From contig OZ242358.1 of NCBI GenBank assembly GCA_965208835.1, forward strand, positions 2,007,325 through 2,071,324: 64,000 bases of DNA. Reading direction: 5' to 3'. Made by a program: the position numbers and the translations under genes. Positions 1-10,600 of the stretch are shown here, one piece after another. The stretch is from Candidatus Latescibacterota bacterium (lineage in GTDB: Bacteria > Latescibacterota > UBA2968 > GCA-2709665). Every line of letters begins with the position of its first letter. The first letter of the stretch is position 1. The notes under the pieces are model-generated. The model was given only the letters and a program-made list of their open reading frames with translations. It ran no database searches and was not told where the DNA came from.

Positions 1-1899
1 GTGGCTGTCGCCGCTGCCGGTGAAGGCGAATTTCTGACCCGCGTTCAGGTATTTGAAATAGACGTCGTACAGGTCGATGTTAATCATCCAGCCGGCGCAT
101 ACGTCGACACCCCACTCGACGTCCGTGTCGTAGAGGTTCCACTTTCCGTTGTGGGGATGGGGGAGCGGCAGGTAGCCCCTTTCCTTGAGCCAGTCCAGGC
201 ATTCCCTGGTGTCCTTGTGGGTATGCCGCTCGCCCTTCGTGTGGGCTTCCTTGTATTTGAAGTGAAGCAAGTCCATTTCCATTTCGTCATCGTCCGACAT
301 CACGGACCGGTGGTCCCGCCCGGAGTCCACCCGGTCGGTGATGGTCATCTCGTAGCCCGGAAACATGGCGAATCGCCCGGGTTCATTCAGGACCATGGCG
401 TTGCCTTTTACGTAGTCCCACTCATAGTCCTTCAGGTGCCGCACATTCCGGCGCGTGGGCAGATTCCAGAAACTGTCGTTGTCGGAGACGGTCAGTCCGT
501 CGATCTGTGCCTTGTCACGGGCGTAGTGACCCAACTCATCGGGCTCTCCCTCTACTTCGATGGACGCCGCCGAGTGGCAGTGCAGGTCCACCCAGAAGAG
601 TTGGTACTTGCCGCGTTCCGCGCCGGGCAGTTCATTTCGGGGCCGGGTCGTGTGCCGCCGTTTTTCGAACGGCAGCCGGACTTCGTTCCATTCGGTCAGG
701 TCGATTCGGCGGTTTTCATCGGGTACGGCTGGGAGGTCGGCGGCGAGGCGCGCGCTTTCCAGGTATTGCTCATCGGTAATCATGTCTTGGGACATCAGGT
801 GCACGCGGGTGCCGACCGTGCCGTTGTGGGGAAGCTCATAGAAGACGTTCCCTTCCGCCACGCAGAGGGGTTCCGACCAGTCGCCGTTCCTGCAGCGGTG
901 GCCGAAGAGGCGACCCCTGGAGGTGAGCGTTCCCTGCTCGCTGTCCATCTTGACCTCGTAGAAGAGCCAGACGCCTCCGGATTCTGCGGCCTTGAGGACG
1001 GGGAAGAGCCGCCTTCCCATGTGTCCAAGATTGGGCGGTTTGGGGAATTCCGTCAACAGCCCGTAGTGTAGCGGCGCAATTTCCGCCGCGCCGTCAGGGC
1101 CCGTCAGGGGTACCCACTCCCGGCCGTCCAGCCGGGCGCCCCGCAGCGAGTACATCTGCTGGAGCGTGCTGCGCCTGTACATAACGTCCACGCCGTGTAC
1201 CCACACCGCCCAGAGCGCCCCGCCCGCGTCCCTGCCAAGGCTGGCCCTGTTTTCCCATCCCTCGTCGCAACTGACTCTGACCGTCTTCCGGGGGCCGTCC
1301 GGACCGACGGCGCAGCCATAGACGTCGTAGGTGCAATCGACGTAGCTGTCCCATACAATATAGACGCCTTCCGATCCCCATTCGACCATCCTGGGCCGAT
1401 AATTGTACCGACTCCCGTTTCCCGCTGTATAGGTTGTCGTCTTGCCATCCCGAGGGATCCTCAGGATCCGGATGCGGCTCTCTCCCTTTTCGGACTGGGC
1501 CCAGCAGATCCAGAGAGTGCCGCTCTCATCGAGGAGGGCCTGCGGCTCCCAGACCTTCGCCGAAGCGGGCAGGACGTGGCGCTCCCGGCAGGTAGTGAAC
1601 CCGTTCCCGTCACTGCCTCGTGTCCGGAACGCGTACTGGCGTCCGGTCTTTTCCAGCCAGACAAACACGGCCTCGTCGCCGTTCGGGATGCAGATCGGGC
1701 GTGTCTGCATGGTGTCGTTCGGTGACAGCGGCTCTATAGAACAGCCGGTTTCCCCGACAAATTTCCGGACGAATGCCCTCGAACCTGCTGCGCCGTAGGC
1801 AGCCCAGCTCGTCCAGCAGGATTTGCCGTCCTGGAGGTTGCAGAGGCTGGGTTCGTAACTGTCGTTCGAATAGACGCCTTCAGTGACGGCAATTCTCAC
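1..1899 (-). CDS. PHP-domain metallo-phosphoesterase-like protein with a long N-terminal repeat-rich region; the C-terminus lies beyond the left window edge
   Basis: Own translation: the minus frame whose codons end at coordinate 1 is open for 633 codons. It is absent from the supplied track because no stop falls in the window. GTG at 1899 has GAGGA about 9 nt upstream, and an in-frame TGA lies just upstream (1948-1950). Motifs LFWVDLHCHS and FTGSGDSH resemble PHP-domain metal ligands. Track ORF 1..1071(+) is its antisense shadow. Confidence 0.7.
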   Translation of the reverse strand, partial: MRIAVTEGVYSNDSYEPSLCNLQDGKSCWTSWAAYGAAGSRAFVRKFVGETGCSIEPLSPNDTMQTRPICIPNGDEAVFVWLEKTGRQYAFRTRGSDGNGFTTCRERHVLPASAKVWEPQALLDESGTLWICWAQSEKGESRIRILRIPRDGKTTTYTAGNGSRYNYRPRMVEWGSEGVYIVWDSYVDCTYDVYGCAVGPDGPRKTVRVSCDEGWENRASLGRDAGGALWAVWVHGVDVMYRRSTLQQMYSLRGARLDGREWVPLTGPDGAAEIAPLHYGLLTEFPKPPNLGHMGRRLFPVLKAAESGGVWLFYEVKMDSEQGTLTSRGRLFGHRCRNGDWSEPLCVAEGNVFYELPHNGTVGTRVHLMSQDMITDEQYLESARLAADLPAVPDENRRIDLTEWNEVRLPFEKRRHTTRPRNELPGAERGKYQLFWVDLHCHSAASIEVEGEPDELGHYARDKAQIDGLTVSDNDSFWNLPTRRNVRHLKDYEWDYVKGNAMVLNEPGRFAMFPGYEMTITDRVDSGRDHRSVMSDDDEMEMDLLHFKYKEAHTKGERHTHKDTRECLDWLKERGYLPLPHPHNGKWNLYDTDVEWGVDVCAGWMINIDLYDVYFKYLNAGQKFAFTGSGDSH

Positions 1900-2035
1900 G
1901 GTAACGGATCCTCGTACAGAGATGTTATCGGGGAAGCTCAGGAGGGTTCAGCGTCGAGGGGCCGGAATGTCCGCCCTGGATTTTCCGCGACAGGGCGTGC
2001 GCGGCGGTTTCTTTATTTCATGGACGTCGCGGGTC

Positions 2036-3664
2036 TCACTGCGATTTCCAGGGCTTTCCCGATTCCGTCAATTCCTCGCGGGTCGTGGCCTCCGGCCCGA
2101 ATCGGATATGGCGGAAGGCGAACGGGATATGGCGTCGGCCGAACAGGGCTTGGGTAAGCCCCCAATGGCACAATGTGATGATGGCTGTTGCGGCCAGGCC
2201 GATGATGATCGTGTTCCGGATCCAGCCGGCGTAGGCGCCGGCTTGCGGTACAGTTGGACCATATGCGTGGTCGGCAAGCGCTATGGAAGCGGCCAGGACC
2301 GTGCAGACGATGGCGTTGAACGTAATCAGTCCCTCGGTTACCAGGCGCCGGGGACTGAATTCAACAATCTTCAGGGCGAAGTTGAAATTGACGACCCACC
2401 ACAGAAAGACCAGGTAAAGAAGCTGTCCCTTGCCCAGCCAGGTATCCGGTATGAACGTAAGGGGCACAGAGCGGTGCATTTGCATCAACCAGAAGACGGC
2501 GATGCCGATGGCGATGTAAATCAGTTCAAGCCACCCGATCCAGCCCCTGGACCGCACAAACCAGCCCGCTACGGGTAGTCCGTAGGGTCTCTCCGGCAGG
2601 CAGGCGACATTTTCTACCCAGTTTCGCGATGCCTTTCGGTGGTTCAGGTACGTCAGGCCGATCAGAACGAAACCCGTTGCGAACGTTCCTGTCCACGCCG
2701 GCATGGGTAACGCATTGGAATTCTGGGGAGCAATAACCGAGAGCAGACCCATGGTAACAGCGACTGCAATCCCGTGGAATAAACCCTGGGTCTGCTCCAT
2801 GACGCTGTGCCAGTTCGTCTGCAATCCGGTACGGATATTCAGCAGTTTCAGGAACTGACCCAGACTGAAGCCGATTCCTCCGATAAACCCCGTGATCAGC
2901 GAGGCAAGCGCTAGTCCGTACAGGTCGTAACGCCAGCAGAAGATCAGCAGACCGGCAGCGAGCCCGACGCAACCGGCCCAGTTATCGCCCCGCGGCGGCG
3001 TCATCCGGAGCTTGAAGCCGACGACGAGCAGCAAAAAGGATACGTACCACCCCACTGTAAGGTGAAGCACCAGAGAGGTGGCGATGTCGAAGCCTCCGCG
3101 AACGGCTGCGACGATCAACCCGGCGACCATCGCCACCAGGGTCGCCAGCCAATCGGTATCGTACCAGGAGAGATTAGCTCTACCGGACTTTCTGTCACCG
3201 GAGAATAGCAGGTCGACCAGTACTGATTGAAGCGCCCATCCCGAGAAGATCACGGTCAGCGGCACAAAGAAAATCGCAAGCCGGTCTCCGGTGAGAAAAG
3301 CAGGCAGCGCGGTTCCGGCGCCGCCCATAAACGCCCATAGAAAGCCAATGACGAACAGGCTGGCAAATCCGTAAAGCACGGAGGGCGGGTGGCCGGAGTG
3401 CGTGTAGCCGACCACGCCCATGTATGACATGCTTCCGCCGAAGGACCAGCCGAGCGCGCCGAACATGGCGAAGTAGTGAACGTGAGCCAGCCAGTCGGGA
3501 CGCCCTGAAACCAGCACTGCGGCGATTGCCGCCAGTGCGCCGGGAATGGCCGCGCCGTATTCGTGGCCGAAGTTGCCGCGGATGCCCCATCCCACCGAAA
3601 GAGAAAGCCCGCAGAAAACCACGAGCTGCCACGTAATGCCCGATGTTGCCAGGATAGGGTCCAT
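2036..3664 (-). CDS. polytopic integral membrane protein, family not recognised
   Basis: 542-aa ORF with hydrophobic segments throughout (a dozen or more by eye). ATG 3664 lies 1 nt from the hyuA stop (3666-3668), implying co-expression with hyuBA. Confidence 0.8.
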   Translation of the reverse strand: MDPILATSGITWQLVVFCGLSLSVGWGIRGNFGHEYGAAIPGALAAIAAVLVSGRPDWLAHVHYFAMFGALGWSFGGSMSYMGVVGYTHSGHPPSVLYGFASLFVIGFLWAFMGGAGTALPAFLTGDRLAIFFVPLTVIFSGWALQSVLVDLLFSGDRKSGRANLSWYDTDWLATLVAMVAGLIVAAVRGGFDIATSLVLHLTVGWYVSFLLLVVGFKLRMTPPRGDNWAGCVGLAAGLLIFCWRYDLYGLALASLITGFIGGIGFSLGQFLKLLNIRTGLQTNWHSVMEQTQGLFHGIAVAVTMGLLSVIAPQNSNALPMPAWTGTFATGFVLIGLTYLNHRKASRNWVENVACLPERPYGLPVAGWFVRSRGWIGWLELIYIAIGIAVFWLMQMHRSVPLTFIPDTWLGKGQLLYLVFLWWVVNFNFALKIVEFSPRRLVTEGLITFNAIVCTVLAASIALADHAYGPTVPQAGAYAGWIRNTIIIGLAATAIITLCHWGLTQALFGRRHIPFAFRHIRFGPEATTREELTESGKPWKSQ

Positions 3665-3665
3665 C

Positions 3666-5771
3666 TTACGACTCTGCTCGGCCGACGTCGATCACGAGAT
3701 TGCCGTAGTCGTCGACGTTGACCGTACACCCGGGGGGAACAAGCGTTGTAGAGTCGATTTCCTCGACGATGGCGGGGCCCGGGAAGCGGTTGTTCGCCTC
3801 CAGGCGATACCGGTCGTAGATCGCCGTGGTCGCCAATCCCCCGGACCCCGGCATTCGGACGTCGCGATCCGCCTTCAGGGCGTTCCGGGCGGAGGGTCCG
3901 CCTTCGGGAACCTGCCGCCGGCTGGGGCGGGGTACGGCGCCGACGGCTGAGAGACGGACATTGACAACCTCCGTGGGCTCATCCCGGGTCGCAAACCCGT
4001 ACTGGCGCCGGTGTGCCGTAAAGAAAGCGGTGTTCAATTCTCGGGGGAGGTCATCCGAAAGTCGGCCGACCGGCACTCGAAGTTCGTAGGACTGGCCCGT
4101 GTATCGCATATCCGCCTCCCGGACGAACCGGATGTTGGAACGGGAGACGCCCTCGCTCAACAGCAGGCGGGTCGCATGCGCTTCGAATTCGCTGTAGATG
4201 TCTGAAAGGCCGGCCACATTCAGTTCATCTGTCGCAGAAATGTAGGTCCGGACGTAGTCGTGGCGCAGGTCGGTTACGAGCAGGCCCAGCGCCGTGGTGA
4301 CGCCGGGACTGGGCGGAACGAGTACCGTGCCGATATGCAGCGCCTTCGCGAGCGCCACCGCGTGGACGGGTCCTGCGCCGCCGAAAGCGACGAGTACGAA
4401 CGCGCGGGGGTCCACGCCTTTCTGGACCGAAACGAGTTGAAGGATGCCCGTCATGTTGGCGTTGGCGATTTCAATCAGGCCGGCGGCCGCGTCTTCGACG
4501 GGCAGATTCAGGGGTGTGGCGATTCGCCGTTCGATCGCCTGTTTCGCGAGTGATACGTCGAGGCGGAGTTCGCCGCCCAGGAAATAGTCGGGATTGAGGC
4601 GGCCCAGAACGAGGTTTGCGTCCGTCAGCGTGGGTTCCGAGCCCCCTTTGCCGTAACAGGCGGGTCCGGGCGCCGCGCCGGCGGATTGCGGCCCGACGGC
4701 AAGCGCCCCGCCCGGATCGACGTGGCCTATGCTGCCGCCGCCGGAACCGATTTCGACCAGATCGATGACGGGTGTCTTTACGGGATATCCCTGCCCTTTG
4801 TCCCTGGTGGTGGTTGCGACGGCGGCGTCGCCAACCTCGAATTCGGCGGCCAGCCGCGGCCTGCCGTTTTCGATGAGGGCGGCCTTTGCGGTTGTGCCCC
4901 CGATGTCCAGGGCGATCAGGTTCTCGAATCCGGCGAGCTGGCCGATGTACGTTGCGGCGATGACGCCGGCCGCCGGCCCGGACTCGATGAGTTGAACGGG
5001 CTGTTGTCTGGCGGTACCGGATGCGATGATGCCGCCGCCGGAGGTCATCAGGAACAGGCCGGAGCCGGGGTTTACCTTCCCGAGCCGGTCCTCCAGCCGT
5101 TCCACGTAGGCGCCAACCGCGGGAAGCAGCGCGGCGTTGACGGCGGTCGTGCTGGCCCGTGTGTATTCGCGGTACTCGGGGCAAATGTCGGATGAGATGC
5201 AGACTGGAAGATCGGGACATGCATCTTTGACGATCTCGGCGGCGCGCCGTTCGTGGGTCGGGTCCCGATAGGCGTGCAGGAAGCAGACGAGAATCGCTTC
5301 AACCCGGTCTTTCGCCAATTGACGCGCGGCACGGGCCACGGCGGCTTCGTCCAGAGGAACAAGCACCGCGCCCCGGGCGTCGATGCGTTCGGGTACGCCG
5401 ATGCAGAGGTGCCGCGGCACGAGCGGAGGCGGCTTGTCGTAATTCAGGTCGTAGAGGTTGGGGCGGATCTGCCAGGCGATTTCAAAGAGATCGCTGAAGC
5501 CTTCGGAGGCGATGAGGCCGATCCGTGCGCCCTTTTGCTGGATGATCGTGTTGGTCGCCACCGTGGTGCCGTGGACCACGAAACGGATCTGATCGGAAGT
5601 GAGGCCCCGGTTGGAGAGGCCGCGGGTATACGCTTCCATAAATGCGCGTGAGGGATCGTCGGGAGTGGACGAGACCTTGACGGGATGGAAGTCGCCGGAT
5701 TGCTCGTCCATCACCACGGCGTCGGTGAACGTGCCGCCAATGTCGATTCCGATGCGGAATAGATCGCTCAT
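3666..5771 (-). CDS. hyuA: hydantoinase/oxoprolinase A subunit (N-methylhydantoinase A / 5-oxoprolinase family)
   Basis: 701 aa. The N-terminus MSDLFRIGIDIGGTFTDAV is the hallmark start of the hydantoinase_A family. The start overlaps the hyuB stop as ATGA (5768-5771). Confidence 0.9.
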   Translation of the reverse strand: MSDLFRIGIDIGGTFTDAVVMDEQSGDFHPVKVSSTPDDPSRAFMEAYTRGLSNRGLTSDQIRFVVHGTTVATNTIIQQKGARIGLIASEGFSDLFEIAWQIRPNLYDLNYDKPPPLVPRHLCIGVPERIDARGAVLVPLDEAAVARAARQLAKDRVEAILVCFLHAYRDPTHERRAAEIVKDACPDLPVCISSDICPEYREYTRASTTAVNAALLPAVGAYVERLEDRLGKVNPGSGLFLMTSGGGIIASGTARQQPVQLIESGPAAGVIAATYIGQLAGFENLIALDIGGTTAKAALIENGRPRLAAEFEVGDAAVATTTRDKGQGYPVKTPVIDLVEIGSGGGSIGHVDPGGALAVGPQSAGAAPGPACYGKGGSEPTLTDANLVLGRLNPDYFLGGELRLDVSLAKQAIERRIATPLNLPVEDAAAGLIEIANANMTGILQLVSVQKGVDPRAFVLVAFGGAGPVHAVALAKALHIGTVLVPPSPGVTTALGLLVTDLRHDYVRTYISATDELNVAGLSDIYSEFEAHATRLLLSEGVSRSNIRFVREADMRYTGQSYELRVPVGRLSDDLPRELNTAFFTAHRRQYGFATRDEPTEVVNVRLSAVGAVPRPSRRQVPEGGPSARNALKADRDVRMPGSGGLATTAIYDRYRLEANNRFPGPAIVEEIDSTTLVPPGCTVNVDDYGNLVIDVGRAES

Positions 5772-7522
5772 CGAGTTTCACTTTCCTGGATGCGCTGACG
5801 CAGGACCCCTGTTTCCTCGTGGTCCACGGTCCAGTTCGCTGAATCGTAGACCACACCGTATGTCTCCCGTGCTATGCGTGGTGAAATTTTCCTGTCCCGC
5901 ACGTCCCGCACGACGGCCTCGGGGTCGCGTCCGTCCGGACGGCCGAACCCCCCGCCGCCCGGCGTCTGCACGCTCACGCGGCCGCCTTTGGGAACCGTGA
6001 TGCTGGACTTTGAAGGCAACGCTTCAGCACTGTCCTCGGGGTCCCGGATGAACCGCGCGGGCAGGCCCTCCCCGCCGCCCTCGAGCCCCCAGGGCGGAAA
6101 CCGGGTGCCGTCGGAGAGGACGGTGAACGTGGTATCGCAGTCGGGAAACTCAAAGTCTCTCCGGATGCCGAGGCCCCCGCGAAACCGGCCCGCGCCGCAG
6201 CTGTCGGTGATCAGGCCGTAATGTGCGAAGCGGATGGGATAGTTGATTTCCACTTCTTCGATCGGGGCGTTCTCGGTGTTGTGGATGGTCGTCTGAATGG
6301 CGTCGGGGCCGTCTTTCATGGGCCGGGCGCCGTTGCCGCCGCCAACGGTTTCCATGTAGCAGTAATAGGCTTTTTTTCGCGGATCGTTGCCTGCAAAACC
6401 CAGGTTGCAGATAATGCCCTTTCCGCAGGCGGGAATTCTATCGGGCAATGCCTCGTGCATGGCAGTCAGGGTGAGTTCGGCGGTGAGTTGCGCGAGTTCC
6501 CACGCGCCGACCACGGCGGCCGGCCACGTGGCGGTGAGCACAGTATTATCGGGTCCCGCCACCTCCATGCATCGGTAGAGGCCGTCGTTGACCAGGATCC
6601 GGGGATCGATCAGGCTCTTTACGACTACCGCGATGGCCGCCAGGGTCGTCGCACGTGTGGCGTTCAACGGGCCGGTCTGCTGCGGTGCGGATCCGGTGAC
6701 GTCAAGCGTGGCGTTTCCTTCGCGAATTCGGACCGCGACGGCGATCCTGACCGGTTCGTCGTCGAGTCCGTTGCCGTCGCGGTATCCAGTGGCTTTATAC
6801 TCACCGGCCGGCAGCGCGGCTATTTCGCGACGCGCCCACCGCTCCGTGTAATCGAGCAGTTCGTCGAAAAACGCCACGACCTGAGCGACGTCATAACGGT
6901 CGATCAGTTCAGCGATGCGCCGCGCGCCCACCAGGTTTGCTCCCATCTGTGCCCGCAGATCGCCTCCGGTCTCCTGGGGCGCGCGCACGTTTTGCAGAAC
7001 GAGGCCCAGTACGTTTTCGTCGATTTCACCGCGCCGCACGATTTTCGTGGGCGGTATGATGATGCCTTCCTGGTAGATTTCACGGTTTACGCCCAGGCTG
7101 CACGGCGTGCTTCCCCCCACGTCCACGTGGTGGGCCATGTTGGCGAGGTACCCCAGCCTCGTCTTTCCGGCGTCGACCGGTGCGATCAGGGCGATGTCGT
7201 TGAGGTGGCTGCCACCACGATGTGGATCGTTGAGGATGATGCCGTCCCCGGGCGCGAGATTCCCGGCGCCGTATTCCCGCAGCGCGTTTGGTACAGCGGA
7301 CTTCAGGGACGAGAGATGCGCCGGCTGCGAAAAGGACTGCGCGACAACCCGGAATGAAGCGTCGAAGAAGGCGCAGGAAAAGTCCGCGCGGGTCTTGATA
7401 TTGGTGGAGTACGCCGTGCGGCGTATGGTATACGCCATCTCTTCGGTCGCGTTGAGCAGCGCGTTCTTCATCACTTCGAAAGTGATGGGGTCCATGGCGT
7501 GGTGAGATGACTGATCGGACAT
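5768..7522 (-). CDS. hyuB: hydantoinase/oxoprolinase B subunit
   Basis: Track ORF is 5768..7561. ATG 7522 is preferred because GGAGA lies about 8 nt upstream. MDPITFEVMKNAL...RTAYSTNIKTRADFSCAFFD is typical hydantoinase_B. Confidence 0.9.
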   Translation of the reverse strand: MSDQSSHHAMDPITFEVMKNALLNATEEMAYTIRRTAYSTNIKTRADFSCAFFDASFRVVAQSFSQPAHLSSLKSAVPNALREYGAGNLAPGDGIILNDPHRGGSHLNDIALIAPVDAGKTRLGYLANMAHHVDVGGSTPCSLGVNREIYQEGIIIPPTKIVRRGEIDENVLGLVLQNVRAPQETGGDLRAQMGANLVGARRIAELIDRYDVAQVVAFFDELLDYTERWARREIAALPAGEYKATGYRDGNGLDDEPVRIAVAVRIREGNATLDVTGSAPQQTGPLNATRATTLAAIAVVVKSLIDPRILVNDGLYRCMEVAGPDNTVLTATWPAAVVGAWELAQLTAELTLTAMHEALPDRIPACGKGIICNLGFAGNDPRKKAYYCYMETVGGGNGARPMKDGPDAIQTTIHNTENAPIEEVEINYPIRFAHYGLITDSCGAGRFRGGLGIRRDFEFPDCDTTFTVLSDGTRFPPWGLEGGGEGLPARFIRDPEDSAEALPSKSSITVPKGGRVSVQTPGGGGFGRPDGRDPEAVVRDVRDRKISPRIARETYGVVYDSANWTVDHEETGVLRQRIQESETR

Positions 7523-7630
7523 ATCTTTTCTCCGTGACGCGTTTTCCGGGACGTGAAACAAGGGGTATTTATCGAGATGTGTTATCCGTTTTGATGCGAC
7601 GGCTCCTTTTCATCCTTCAGGGGCGGAAAG

Positions 7631-10600
7631 CTACCGCTGCCAGTGGCCCGATCCGAAGATGCGGAATCGATCCACGCCCGGGTGCAGGGCGGAAAAGGCA
7701 ATTTCATCACCGGCGGACAGGTGTTCTGCTCCGTCGAGGGCCAGGGCGTACCGTGTTCGGATGCGCGTGCCCCGCTCATCCAGAATGTCTTCCGAGACCC
7801 GGTCGTTCAGGGGTTGGATGAAAACAAGGCGTCGATCCCGTCCTGCTTTGTAGATATTCAGGTTATCTTCCTTGCCCTGGATGACCGGCGGCGGCTCGAC
7901 CCAGGCTCGGTCTTTCTCGACCGCGGTGACAAGCAGATAGCCCACGGCCAGGTGCGGATAACCGTCCAGGCGCAGAGTACAGGCCCCGTCAGGACTCCTT
8001 TCGGCGGATCCGATGGTGTATGCGGAGGCACGTTTGCGATGACGTATGGTGATGGTCTTTCCCGGGAGTGCGTTGGGGTCCGCAATCTCGGCTTCCGGTT
8101 GGATCGTCAGGGTTTTTTCGACGTCGTCGAATCCGGTAAGCAGCCCTTCAATGGTGGGCAGGGGTTGGAGCCGGCGACCGCCGGCTTCGGCGAAAGTGCC
8201 GCCGATGATCGCAAGCATGCGGAGGCCGTGAGCATCGAATGACGCGTAGGCGAGTTCGCCGTCGCTGTGCAATTCGCCGCCGTCATTGGAGATTTCACAA
8301 GGCGCGCCGGAGGGATTGCTAAGGACCAGATCCGTACCCCGGCTGTGCGTCACCTGAAACCCTTCGGCTTCATGATTCTCACAGGATAGGCGGCTGGCCC
8401 GTTCGATGAACGGGCTGTTGCGGTAGGGTTCATGGACGGCCAGAAACGTGTTCGGGAGGTTACTGTTCCGGCGGCGGACGGTGACCAGCTTCATCTGCTC
8501 GCCCAGGTCGCGGTTGTCAAGCCAGCGCTGTGCGGGGCCGGTGCCGGCGATGATCTCGGATCCGGGCGCGTCAAGCATGTGAAGTTTCAGGAATGCTTCC
8601 GTGTCGATCTCCTGAGAGCCGTCCGGGTTCGGGTATTCGGAAACGTCGCCCCAGGTTGCCGTCCACGGTCCGTTGCTGTAACCGGCGCTGAGCTGCGTAA
8701 CCCGCTGAGTGCCCCACCTGGCGCCGACACGTGGTGTCCGTCGTGAAGGTGTGAACGTAAATCCGCTGAAATCGTAGAGAGATTCCGACGGGTCTGGCCG
8801 ATCCGTCAGGTCAACGCCTTCGGTGAAAAAACGATGCCCATTGCCGTGGAACGTCCAGTCGTGATTGTGGCCGCCACTCACGCGGAAGACGTCGACAACG
8901 TAGCCGTTTTCGGGGTCACAGTCAATGAGGGCGACAGTGCGCTGGTAGCGGCAGGCCCCGGGCACTTTGCCGAGCTCGTCTGCGTCCTCCTCGGCGGCAT
9001 CGATCGCCTTGAAGCCGGGCAGATCTGCAAAAAACCGAAGGTCTCCCCGGAGGTTGTCCGTGCCCATTGGATCGCCGTCCCGGGTGCGGATGGCGACGGT
9101 GTTGTGGGCGGGAAAGGTCTTGATCCAATCCACCGTCATAAAGTGAGTGGATCCCATGTAACCGAGGTCGGTTGCCAGTTCGTGACCAATGGCGAAGAGC
9201 GTGAGGTTTAGTGGCGCCATATGGTAATGACCGACACGCTCGGTGTAGTCGAGTGAGAGCGTGCGGGTACGGTCGCCCTGGCCGCTGCGCAGGATGGCCT
9301 TGCGGTTCTGGCCCAGCAGGTGGGATGGGAGGGGCATGGGGAGTTTCAGCGAGACGACAGGATCGCCCTCCGGATCGATGTTCAGGTATTCGCGGTAGGC
9401 ATCCGGGATACCGCCCCCGTGGGTCTCGGCCAGGGCGAGTGGCTCCATGGGCATGGCGGCCCTGATTACACAGTCTTCCCAGGCGATGGGGCGGCCGTCG
9501 GGGAAGCCGGTCTTGAGGAACTGGCCAAGTCCGTGCTTGAAGACGGGCAGGGAAAGCATGTTGATCCCGTTGAGGATCCCGTCGTAATAGGGGGCATTCC
9601 TGTCAAATGCGCCCCGCTGGCCGTGAATGGCCTCCATCACGCTTGAAATACCCCAACTGGTGTATGAGGGAGAGCCTTCCTTGCCCAACCCGTCGCCGGT
9701 GAAGAAGTTATGCAGAAAGTAGAAGATGTCTCTGGCCACGTTTTCCATTAACCGGTCGTCGCCGACGATGCGCCCGAGTTGCAGCCTGGGCATCTGGGTA
9801 GAGGTCGAGAGATTGTCCGCGCCGGTGACGAGCGCATAGGGGTGCAGCGTATATTCCAGAATGCCGCGTTTGAGCATTCCGCCGGAGGCCTGCAATTTCA
9901 GGGAATCGCCTTCGACGGACGTCAGGATACGCAGTGCGGCCGCTTTCAGGTCGGACTCGGCTTCGTCGAAGGATTCGGCAACCATGCTGTAACCGACCAT
10001 GAGATCCTGCGCCAAACTGGCTTTCCAGTTCCACACGCCAGGGTAAATTGAAGCGCCTTTGGTGCCGTATCGGTCTCCCGGCGCGTTTAACGGGCGTTTC
10101 GGGTCGCCCTCAATATGATCGAATGGGGCGTAGAGGCGGTAGCCGGAGTAGGATTTCTCGGGAGTGCCGTTCTCGTAAAAATCGGCCAGACGTTCTTGCA
10201 GATCCGATTCGGAAATTTCCAGGAGTGAGGCAAGATAGGGGTCGCCCAGGAAGGCTCTGGAAAGTGTAACGAGGAGGACCCGGGCCTTGCGCGCATGTCG
10301 CCTCGCTGTTTGTTGGTCTGACTTGAGTCTCGCTGCATGGCAGGCTTCGCCCAGGCGATGTAGCACGTTGCCGGAAAGGGCGCGGAGAGCATTCATCCAG
10401 CAGAGGGCTTTGAAATAGAAGGCATTGGTGGGTTCGACATAGCCGTGGGCCTCGCCGTCCCAGTGTTCCCAGGTGATGCCGTCGTGCGCCTTGCTCCAGG
10501 CTTCGTCGTGGTCCTCGCGCCACACTTCGTTGGTGGGAAAGCAGCCGTCTCCGTCGTCCGGGTACCGGGGGTTGGGATAATAGGCGAACTGCCGGCCGTC

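Noticed and set aside
1-1071. 356-aa + strand ORF at the left edge
   Set aside because: It is Val/Gly/Pro-rich with no recognisable motifs. It lies exactly antisense to a 633-codon open minus frame with clear PHP-domain motifs. This is a typical GC-rich shadow ORF.
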